Below, one piece after another: positions 23,366 through 32,694 of a DNA stretch of 64,000 nucleotides. The stretch is from Squalus acanthias. Taxonomy: Eukaryota. The position numbers and the translations under genes were made by a program. The notes beneath the pieces are model-generated. The model had not been told where the DNA came from. It ran no database searches and saw nothing but the letters and a program-made list of their open reading frames with translations. Numbering within the stretch: position 1 is the stretch's first letter; the number at the start of each line of letters is the position of its first letter. The stretch lies in NCBI GenBank assembly GCA_030390025.1, contig JASTWF010000048.1:930001-994000 (forward strand), read 5' to 3'.

Positions 23366-23384
23366 TAGCGCCACCTAACGTCCA
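23366..23384 (-). promoter_or_regulatory. Candidate CTCF site (reverse: TGGACGTTAGGTGGCGCTA)
   Basis: TAGGTGGCGCTA core matches the CTCF motif. Motif evidence only. Confidence 0.5.
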
Positions 23385-23559
23385 CTTTTCAACAATGCAT
23401 CTTACTTACTTTGCTTTACCGAGTCACCGTCAAAGGTGAAGTTTTAAAAAATGAAAGAACTGCGCCTTTATTGCGACTCTCGGGATTTATCTGCAAATAT
23501 CGCTGAACAGATTAACAAATTGTGGAGAATTTTGCTCGATAGATCATTACAGTCAGCTC

Positions 23560-26500
23560 TGGCTCATTTGGCAGCACTCTCGCTCTGAGTCAGATGCTCC
23601 CAGGTCCTGGTCCCACTCCACTGACTTGAGCATAAAATCTACATTTACACACCCAGGGCCAGTGCTGAGGGAATTTTGCTCTGTGGCCGGGGCAGTACTG
23701 AGGGAGCTCTGCACTGTCGGACGCCAGTACTGAGAAGGCGCTGCACTGTCAGAGAGGGACAGTACTTACGGAGTGCTGCACTGTTAGAGAGCAAGTACTG
23801 AGGGAGTGTTGCACTGTTGGAGGGGCAGCACTGAGAGAGCGTTGCACTTTCGGAGGGGGCAGTACTGAGGGAGCGCTGCACTGTCGCAGGGCCCAGAACT
23901 GAGGGAGTTCTGCACTGTCGGATGGGCAGTACAGAGGGAGCGCTGCACTTTCGGAAGGTTAGTACTGTGGAAGCGTTGCACTGTCGCAGTGGGCAGTACT
24001 GAGGGAGTGATGCACTGTCGGAGGAGCAGTACAGATGCAGTGCTCCACTGTCCCAGGGGGCAGTACTGAGGGAGTGCTGCACTCTCAAAGGGGCAGTACT
24101 GAGGGAGCGCTGCACTGTCGGAGGGGAAGTACTGAGGGAGCGCTGCACTGTCGCAGGGTCAGTACTGAGGGAGCGTTGCACTTTCGGAAGGGCAGTACTG
24201 AGGGAGAGCTGTACTGTCGGAGGCGCTAAAATGAGGGAGTGCAGCACTGTCGGAGGGTCAGAATTGAGGGCGCGCTTCACTGTGGAAGGGGCACTACTGA
24301 GGGAGCACTGCACTGTCGGAGGGTCAGTACTGAGATAGCGCTGCACTGTCATAGAAACATAGAAACATAGAAACATAGAAACATAGAATCTAGGAGCAGG
24401 AGTAGGCCATTCGGCCCGTCGAGCCTGCTCCACCATTCAATACGATCATGGCTGATCATTCAAATCCAGTACCCTGTCCCTGCTTTAATCCCCACAGTAC
24501 ACATATCCCACCCTAGCCCCGTAACCCCACGTATTTAATTCCCCCTAACATATCCCATCCTATCCCCATAACCCCACATATTTAATCCCCCCCCCATAAC
24601 ACTGTCGAAGGAACATTAATGAGGGAATGCTGCACTGTCGGAGTGTCAATACTGAGGGAGCGCTGTACAGTCGGAGGCGCTGAACAGAGGGAGTGCAGCA
24701 TTATCGGAATGTCAGTACTGAGGGAACGCTGCACTGTCGGAGGAGCAATACTGAGGGAGCGTTGCACTGTCGGAGGGTCAGTACTGAGATAGCGCTGCAC
24801 TGTCGGAGGGGCAGTACTGAGGGAGTGCTGCACTGTCGGAGGGACAGTAATAAGGGAATCCTGCACTGTCGCATGAGCAGTACTGAGGGAGCGCTGCACT
24901 GTCGGAGGGTCAGTTCTGAGGGAGCGCCGCACTGTCGCAAGGGCTGTACTGAAGGGGTGCTGCACTGTCGGAGCGGCAGTACTGAAGGAGCGCTGCAATT
25001 TCAGAGGGTCAGTACTGAGGAAGCGCTGCACTGTCGGAGGGGCAGTACTGAGGCAATGTTGCACTTTCGGAGGGGCAGTACTGAGGGAGCACTTCACTGT
25101 TGAATGTGCAGTGTTGTTGGAGCACTGCACTGTCGGAGGGGCAGTACTGATGGGGCGCTGCACTTTTGAATGGGCAGTGTTGAGGGAAGACTGCACACTC
25201 GGAAGGGCAGTACTGAAGGAGTGCTGCAATGTCGCAGGGCCCAGTACTGAGGGAGTGCTGCACTGTTGGATGGGCAGTACTGAGGGAGCCCTGCACATTC
25301 GGAGGGTTAGTACTGACGAAGCGTTGCACTGTCGCAGGGGGCAGCACTGAATGTGTGATGCACTGTCGCAGGCGGCGGTACAGATGGAGTGCTGCACTCT
25401 CACAGGGGGCAGTGCTGAGGGAGTGCTGCACTGTTGCAGGGTCAGTACTGAGGGAGCGCTGCACATTCGGAAGGTCAGTACTGAGGGAGTGTTGCACTGT
25501 CAGAGGCGCTGAACTGAGGGAGTGCAGCACTGATGCAGGCGCTGAACTGAGGGATTGCAGCACTGTCGGAGGGGGAGTACTGAGGGAGCGCTGCACTGTG
25601 GAAAGGGCACTTCTGAGGGAGAGCTGTACGATGGGAGGGACAGTACAGAGGGAGCACTGCACTGTCGGAGAGTCAGTACTGACGGAGCGCTGCACTGTCA
25701 AAGGGACATTAATGAGGGAATGCTGCACTGTCGGAGTGTCAGTACTGAGGGAGCGCTGCACTGTCGGAGGGTCAGTACTGAGGGAGCACTGCACTCGGAG
25801 TGGCTGTAATGAGGGACAGTAGCACTGTCGAAGGGGCATTACTGAGTGAGCTCTGGAACTAACGGAGGGACAGTAATGAAGGAACGCTGGACTGTCGAAC
25901 GAGCAGTACAGAGCGAGCGTTGCACTTTCGGAGGGTCAGTGCTGAGATAGCGCTGCAATGTCGGAGGGGCAGTACTGAGGGAGTGCTGTACTGTCGCAGG
26001 GACAGTAATAAGAGAATGCTGCACTGTCACATGAGCAGTACTGAGGGAGCGTTGCACCGTCGGAGGGTCAGTACTGTGGTGGCGCCGCACTGTCGCAGTG
26101 GCAGTACTGAAGGGGTGCTGCACTGTCGGAGCGCAGTACTGAGGGAGCGCTGCAATTTCAGAGGATCAGTACTGAGGTAGCGCTGCAGTGTCGGAGGGGC
26201 AGTACTTAGGGAGCGCCGCACTGTCGGAGGGGCATACCTGAGGGAGTGTTGCACTTTCAGAGGGGCAGTACTGAGGAAGCGCTGTATTGTTGAATGGGCA
26301 GTGTTGAGGGAGCACTGCACTGTCGAAGGGGCAGTACTGAGGGGGCTGAAATTTCAGAGGGGCAGTACTGAGGGAGCGCTGCACTTTCGGAGGGGCTGTA
26401 CTGAGTGAGAGCTGCACTGTCGAAGGGGCAGTACTGAGGGAGCGCTGCAATGCCGGAGAGGCAGTACTGAGGGAGCGCTGCACTGACGTTGGGTCAGTAC

Positions 26501-27385
26501 TGAGGGAGCGCTGTACTGTCGGAAGAGCAGTACTGAGGGAGTGTTGCACTGTCAAAGGGTCAGTAATGGGGCGGCGCCGCACTATCGGAGGGGCAGCCCT
26601 GAGGGAGCGTTGCACTGACGGAGGGTCAGTACTGTGGGAGCACTGCACTGTCGGATGGCAATAATGAGAGAGTGTTGCACTTTAGGAGGGGCTATACTGA
26701 GGCAGTCTTGCACTGTCAGAGGGGCAGTACTGGGGGAGTTTCGCACTATCGGAGGGGCTGTACTGAGGCAGTCTTGCACTGTCGGAGGGGCAGTACTGAG
26801 GGAGCGCTGAACTGTCGCAGGTGCAGTACTGAGGCGGCGCTGCACTGTCGGAAATGCAGTACTGAGGGAGCGTCGCACTGTCGGAGTGGCAGTAATAAGG
26901 GAGCTCCACACTGTCGCATAAGCAGCACTGAGGGTGTGTTGCACTTTCGCAGGGGTAGTCCTGAGGGAGCGCTGCACTGTTGGAGGGGCAATACTTGGGA
27001 GTGCTGCACTGTCGGAGAGGCTTTAATGAGGGAGCGCTGCTTTCCCAAAGCAGCAGCACTGAGTGATTGCTGCACTGTCGGAGTTACTTTCTTTCGAATG
27101 AGACATTTGACCCAGCCCCCGTCTGCCTCTGAGGTTGGAATGGTACCCATGGACAATATTTAAATAAGAGCAGGGGAGTTCTACCTTGTGTCCTGGGCCA
27201 ATATTTATCCCTCTACCGGCATCACTAAATCAGATTATCTGGCCATTGCTGTTTGTGGGATCATGCTGTGCGCAAATTGGGTGCCAGGTTTTATACCTGA
27301 CAGCAGTGGCTATAGTTCAAAATTACATCATTGGCTGAAAAACGCTTCAGAGCGATCTGGTGTCGTGAAAGGCGGGATATAAATA
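23560..27385 (+). repeat. Single DeuSINE-like element with its 33-bp internal segment expanded into a ~3.4-kb minisatellite (~23660-27080)
   Basis: SINE head at 23560-23650, roughly 95 copies of GCAGTACTGAGGGAGCGCTGCACTGTCGGAGGG, SINE tail resumes at ~27085. Interrupted at 24350-24600 by an inverted CR1-type tail with (CATAGAAA)n. Confidence 0.88.
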
Positions 27386-28529
27386 GAAATTATTTCTTTA
27401 GATCCTTAAAGGCAGACATCATTCTGAGAAAACCGGGCAATGAATGGCACGTTTGTTTTCACATTTACCAGTAACCAGAGCAGTGATAGTGACATTAAAG
27501 CTAATTGACATACACTAGAAATGTTCAGTCATTCGTCACGTGTAGGTTTCCTTCATGTGATACAGTTACATATTTCTGCATGCCACAATACACTCAAACG
27601 TCAATTCTGCTCTGAAATTGCTTGACGTCAGACCATCATACGGCCGAAAAGCGCCAATATTAATTCGTTTTTAAAAAAGCGCAGTTTGCAAGGTAACCGA
27701 AATAAGCCATGTTGCGATCCTCCACAAGTTTAACGAATCCTTTACACTGCTCAGTCGAAAGCCGACAAAAAGGTCTATTCTCGGCGCTCAGCGCTCCATT
27801 GCAATTCGTTGGATTGGCGATCGCCAATTTGCTGGATTTACGCCATTATTTGCGCCGCAACTAGTCAGACAGTTAAATGGGGAACATTTCACTGCTCATT
27901 ATGCGTTAGCGACATTGAAAAGCTAGCGTGGGCAAAAAAAATCTCTAAACGCTATTTTGCACCACTTTTACGGTTTCGCTATCGTTAACGTCGCTGCCAT
28001 ATTGCGACAGGAAACCTCCCTCTGCCGATGCGACAAATATTTAAAGTGATTCAGTGTATGATTCAGTTACTCAACTTCTGAATGTTAACGTATGCACTTC
28101 AGGCGAGGACTCGTTCAGTGCTCTCAAATAGAAAATTGTAATTAATTCCGAGCCTTTTCATTTCATTTCAATACGACCTCCCGACACAATCGTGCATATT
28201 GGCACTAAGCAGTTCATATTCGTCGCAAGCGTTTAGGTTATAACACAAACGTAGATGACGTTATAGAAACACATGCATGTCTTATTGCTAAAATCGATAA
28301 CCTGAGTGACATGAATCTTGTCATTCATGGGAAATGACTTATGACATAATACTGGGCGTCCTGCTGGTGGCGCTGTCCAGGGGGAGTATAAATACTCTGG
28401 CATGGGCCCAGCTTGCTCCGGACATTCTTTAACAGGAAATTAGTGAAGGACAACGAGATCTCCATGTTGTAAAACTGTTGATTAAAGCTTTGTTTAACGC
28501 TTAGACCAAGTGCCTCGTAGTTTTCTTAT

Positions 28530-29130
28530 ATCACTGAGTATTACAAAATATTTGCAGTAAAGAAACAAGCAATTCAACGCAACTCGATCATGTCTGTGCT
28601 TATGGTCCAAACGAACCTCCTCCCACCTTACTTCATCTAACCCCATCAGCAGGTCATTCAGTTCCATCTCCCACTTGTACTTATCTAGTTTCCGCTTCTC
28701 TGCATCTATGCTCTTCGCCTCAACCACTACCTGTGGTAGCGAGTTCCACATTGCCACCACTCTCTGGGCAAAGGAGATTCTCCTGCATTCCATATTGGAT
28801 TTATTAGTGACTATCCTATATTTATGGCCCCTAGTTCTGGACTGCCCCACAAGTGGAAACATCTTCCAAATATCTATCCTGTCAAATCCCCTTCATAATC
28901 TTAAAGACCTCTATCTGGTGACCATCAGCCTTCTCACTTCTAGGGACAGGAGCCCCAGTCTGTTCAAACTTTTCTGCTAAATATATCCACTCAGTTCTCA
29001 TATCATCCTTGTCAAACTTTTTTGCACCTTCTCCAATGCTTCTATATCCTTTTGAGTAATATAAAGACCAGAACCGTGCACAGTCCTCGAAATGTTTAAC
29101 CAAGATTCTATACAAGTTTAACATAACTTC
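28530..29130 (-). mobile_element. CR1-type LINE 3' fragment
   Basis: ORFs MFPLVGQSRTRGHKYRIV and MLNLYRILVKH...QIEVFKIMKG. Confidence 0.8.
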
Positions 29131-29659
29131 TCATAACTCGATTGCATCCGCGGTACATTTGCAAGCAACAATGGATTCATACTTTGTAGCATGTTTGCAA
29201 AAATTTTGAAGAGAAATGTACTTACTTTACTGAATCCCTAAACGCCTTTCTTTGCAAATATTCTGTCGCCTTTGTCCCATTTATTCATTGAGCGCCTGTC
29301 CATATTGTTAGACACTTTTGGAGCCTCTTCAACACGAAGCCTCGCGCTACATTCAACTGCAGATTAAGCTTCTTAAGAAGAGAATGAAGAAGTAGATCTC
29401 TCTGTCTTTTAGTTTGGAAACAGGTGCGTGGAAATGCGTGGAGATTTGAAGACAGATAACTTGAAACGATAACGACATAACACATTTAAACAGTACACCT
29501 GGCCGACTGGTTTCGCAGACACGAGATGCTCTAAGATGTAGATTCGGAAATTAGAGTGTGCACTATTTATTGTATATGTTAAGTGCGCTCTGTTTGAGGG
29601 ACAGTGGCCGGTACTTCCTGAGATCCTGCACGTTGTGGAAGGGTAAAGACAAGTAATGA

Positions 29660-29950
29660 AGAGAGTAAGAGAGGAAGGAAGTGGAGAGGGTGCAGCAGAG
29701 GCAAGGAAGAGAGGAAGGAAGAATTATGGAATCAAGGAAGGAAGGCAGGAAGAATGATGGGATCGAGCAAGATAGGTAGGAAAGAAGGAAGAAAGAGAGA
29801 CAGAAAGGAAAAATAAAGAAAGGAAGAAAGAAGGGGAAAAAAGAAGGAAAGAAAGAAACAGAGAAAGAAAAAAGAAAGAAAGACAGAAAGCCAGAAAGAC
29901 AGGAAGAAAGAAAGAAAGAAGGTTTTGAAAGAAAGAAAAAAGGCAGGAAG
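29660..29950. repeat. Purine-rich (GAAA/GGAA) microsatellite
   Basis: Direct reading. Confidence 0.9.
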
Positions 29951-30400
29951 GCTAGAGGGGCTGAATGGCCTCCTCCTGTTTCTATGTAACAGGCTCGAGG
30001 GGGCTGAATGGCCTCCTCCTGTTCCTGTGTAACAGGCTCGAGGGGCTGAATGGCCTTTTCCTCCTGTTCCTGTGTAACAGGCTCGAGGGGCGGAATGGCT
30101 TCCTCCTCCTGTTCCTGTGTAAAAGGCTCGAGGTGCTGAATGGCCTCCTCCTGTTCCCGTGTAACAGGGTCGAGGGGCTCAATGGCCTCCTCCTGTTCCT
30201 GTGTAACAGGTTCCACTGGCTGGATGGCCTCCTCCTGTTCCTGTGTAACAGGCTCGAGGGGCTGAATGGCCTCCTCCTGGTCCTGTGTAACAGGCTCAAG
30301 GGGCTGAATGGCCTCCTCCTGTTCCTGTGTAACAGGCTCGAGGGGCTGAATGGCCTCCTCCTGTTCCTGTATAACAGGCTCGTGGGGCTGCATGGCCTGT
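29951..30400 (+). repeat. 42-bp minisatellite (11 copies) derived from a CR1/SINE 3' tail
   Basis: Unit CTGTGTAACAGGCTCGAGGGGCTGAATGGCCTCCTCCTGTTC; the same motif ends many CR1 copies in this window. Confidence 0.9.
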
Positions 30401-30447
30401 TGCTATTTTCCGAAGATCGAACCAACCTTTGAGACCTCAATGTCAAA

Positions 30448-30493
30448 TGACGTCTCCAGCTGGATCCCCCGGCACCCGTTTAAGAGGCGGGGC
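30448..30493 (+). promoter_or_regulatory. Candidate D-beta germline promoter (CRE-like TGACGTCT 30448-30455; GC box GAGGCGGGGC 30484-30493)
   Basis: Immediately 5' of the D 12-RSS. Mammalian PDb1 uses Sp1 and ATF/CREB sites in the same setting. Confidence 0.55.
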
Positions 30494-30511
30494 CGTGTAT
30501 CTTTCGCGTTC

Positions 30512-30539
30512 CTTTTTTGTATGACTGTATATCACCGTG
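30512..30539 (+). other. D 5' 12-RSS: CTTTTTTGT / 12 bp / CACCGTG
   Basis: Read directly. Confidence 0.93.
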
Positions 30540-30552
30540 GGGACAGGGGGGA
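30540..30552 (+). CDS. TRBD: TCR beta diversity segment GGGACAGGGGGGA (13 nt, open in all frames: GTGG / GQGG / DRG)
   Basis: Matches the pan-gnathostome D-beta core GGGACAGGGGG; flanked by 12- and 23-RSS. Confidence 0.97.
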
Positions 30553-30591
30553 CACGGTGATAAAATCCAATGCAGCCTCCGTACAAAAACC
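30553..30591 (+). other. D 3' 23-RSS: CACGGTG / 23 bp / ACAAAAACC
   Basis: Read directly. Confidence 0.95.
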
Positions 30592-31079
30592 TCGTTGTAC
30601 ACGTGTCTTGGAACATCAGCAAAGGAGCAGTGGCAAAGGGTTGAAAGCTTCATCTTCACACGTGGACCATTGAGGGAGCGAGTCCCTTTTTCTTCTGAAA
30701 GGTGCATTGGAATTGTCCACCTTTTTCACCGAGGGCACCTTTATGGAAAAGTGAATCATTTTATGTCATGCCGTGTGAATACCGGTTATTCGTCACCCGA
30801 CCCAACCCACACCCCCAACCAACAGTGTCCTGGGGTCAATATCTGTCCCTCAGTCAAAATCACCAGAAAATGTACCGGTCATTGAACACATTGCACTTTG
30901 TTGGGAATTGCTTTTCGGCCATTGGCTGCCTCGTTTCCCTGCATTCCAACAGTGAGCACACTTCATTGGCTTTGAAGTGCTTTGGGGGCGTCCTGAGAGG
31001 CGTTGTACAAAATACTTAAAATTCCACGTTTTAGCGGCTTGCTTTCGTCGGTGTTGCTGTATCGGGATCTGCTGACGTG

Positions 31080-31128
31080 CAAGGGACAACAGTCTACTTC
31101 GGAACAGGCAGCAAACTAACGGTGTTAG
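31080..31128 (+). CDS. TRBJ: J1 QGTTVYFGTGSKLTVL
   Basis: FGxG, GTAAG donor; weak 12-RSS TGTTGCTGT/12/TGACGTG (31052-31079). Confidence 0.88.
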
Positions 31129-31703
31129 GTAAGGAAAGCAAAGTTTTTCTCTCAATTCATGTCCAGCTGTGTGCATTTCAAACTCGTTGCCGAACTGGAC
31201 TGTTTGCAAAGTCAGACGGACTGTTCGGTCTGTCTCCATACCGCCGAGAATCACACCTAATTTTCGTACCCCGGCTGCGTCGGTTTGTCACATTTGTGCA
31301 ATATTCGATCCCCGGGATATTGATTTGCAAAGAGCGGACGCCTGTTTAATCCATGGGACGTCACTCAATGTAAACTCAGTAAAGTTGGAGCCGGTTGCGC
31401 CAAAATCTTAAATACAAGAGTGGGGAAATCGACAGTGCTCTCAACACAGAGTTAACATAACCCATGAATAGTTTATAATTACATCCATACAGGGTGGTAT
31501 TGAATCGGTAGATTAACATGGGATCGATAGAGATTCGAATTGAATCATGCAGGTTAGTGTAGAATCCATAGATTATAATTGAATCATGCAGGTTAGTATA
31601 GAACCCATAGATTAGCATGGAATCTTACAGATTGGAATGGGATGGTACAGCTTAGAATGGGAACGGGTTTTGAGTCTTTTTGAGACGGTGTGGTGTCACC
31701 GTG

Positions 31704-31751
31704 CTGGCGGCGTGAATTACTTCGGACCGGGCACGAAATTAACAGTTCTCG
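31704..31751 (+). CDS. TRBJ: J2 GGVNYFGPGTKLTVL
   Basis: RSS CTTTTTGAG/12/CACCGTG (31676-31703); GTAAG donor. Confidence 0.92.
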
Positions 31752-31950
31752 GTAAGCCAATTATCTCCCTTCTCTTTAGCTTCGCTCACAGAATTTTGGG
31801 CACATAGTTGACTGATGATTGAAATGCTGCGTTTTAGAAAACATGTTCTGTACGAGACTCGCTTCGTGAATGTTTGCAAGTAAACGTCTGAAACGCTTTC
31901 AGTTGGAACAGGACAGTTCCCCTGTTCTTGACTTAGACTTGAGCATCGTG

Positions 31951-31998
31951 CAGGCAACACTGTTTACTTCGGCGGGGGAACCAAGTTGACAGTTTTGG
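31951..31998 (+). CDS. TRBJ: J3 GNTVYFGGGTKLTVL
   Basis: RSS TGTTCTTGA/12/CATCGTG (31923-31950); GTAAG donor. Confidence 0.92.
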
Positions 31999-32645
31999 GT
32001 AAGGCAACTGTGTAATTCTTTCCTCCTATCGTTCAGAATCTATGTCTAAACCTGGTTAAAAGTTCGATGGGGGGTAATGGTAAAAGGGTTAAATACTGAG
32101 GACAGGCTGCACAGACTAGGCTTGCATTCCCTTGAATCTAGAACCTTAAGGAGTGAAATAATCGATGTGTATAAGCATTTGACAGGATAGATAAAGAGAA
32201 ACGACTTCCTCTGGCGGGGGTCTCCAGAACAAGGGGGCATCACTTTAAGTTAGAGCTAGGCCGTTCAGTGGGGATGACAGGAAGCATTTCTTCACACGCA
32301 ATGTAAGGGAAATCGGTAACTCTCTCCCTCAAAAAGCTATTGAGACTGTGGGTCAGTTGATAATTTCATGACTTAATTGCCAGATGTTTGTTAGGCAAGG
32401 TTATTAAGGGTTACGGAACAAAGACGGGTTAACGGAGTTAAGATACAGATCAGCCATGATCGAAATGAACGGTGGACACAAGCTCGATGGGCTGAATGCC
32501 CCCTCCTGTCCCTATGTCCCTATGTACCTACGTTCTTATGAACTTTACGGGCCATTAGTATAACTGAGAACGTCGCAAGCTCGACTAGAACAGCCCTAGC
32601 GATCCAAACTCGAGGGGGGTTTTGCTACAGCCCCGTACCGTTGTG

Positions 32646-32694
32646 TTCTGCTAGTGAAGCTTACTTCGGAGGTGGACAAAACTGGTCGTTTTAG
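32646..32694 (+). pseudogene. TRBJ: J4 frameshifted: SASEAYFGGG then QNWSF* (1-nt deletion)
   Basis: GGA-CAAAACTGGTCGTTTTAG lacks one A relative to GGA ACA AAA CTG GTC GTT TTA G. RSS GGTTTTGCT/12/CGTTGTG (32618-32645); donor intact. Confidence 0.85.

Noticed and set aside
23645-27163. Long ORFs (up to 294 aa) with repeating STAPPTVQRSL-like units on both strands
   Set aside because: Translations of the 33-bp (11-codon) SINE-derived satellite; no splice or promoter support.
23660-30400. CRISPR-like repeat arrays
   Set aside because: Head-to-tail degenerate tandem units with no unique spacers, in a vertebrate context with no cas genes.
29563-30446. 276-aa EPVTQEQEEAIQPL repeat ORF
   Set aside because: Artefact of a 42-bp minisatellite joined to a GAAA tract.
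31538-31613. Two-copy ~39-bp direct repeat between J1 and J2
   Set aside because: Simple local duplication with no RSS or coding signal.
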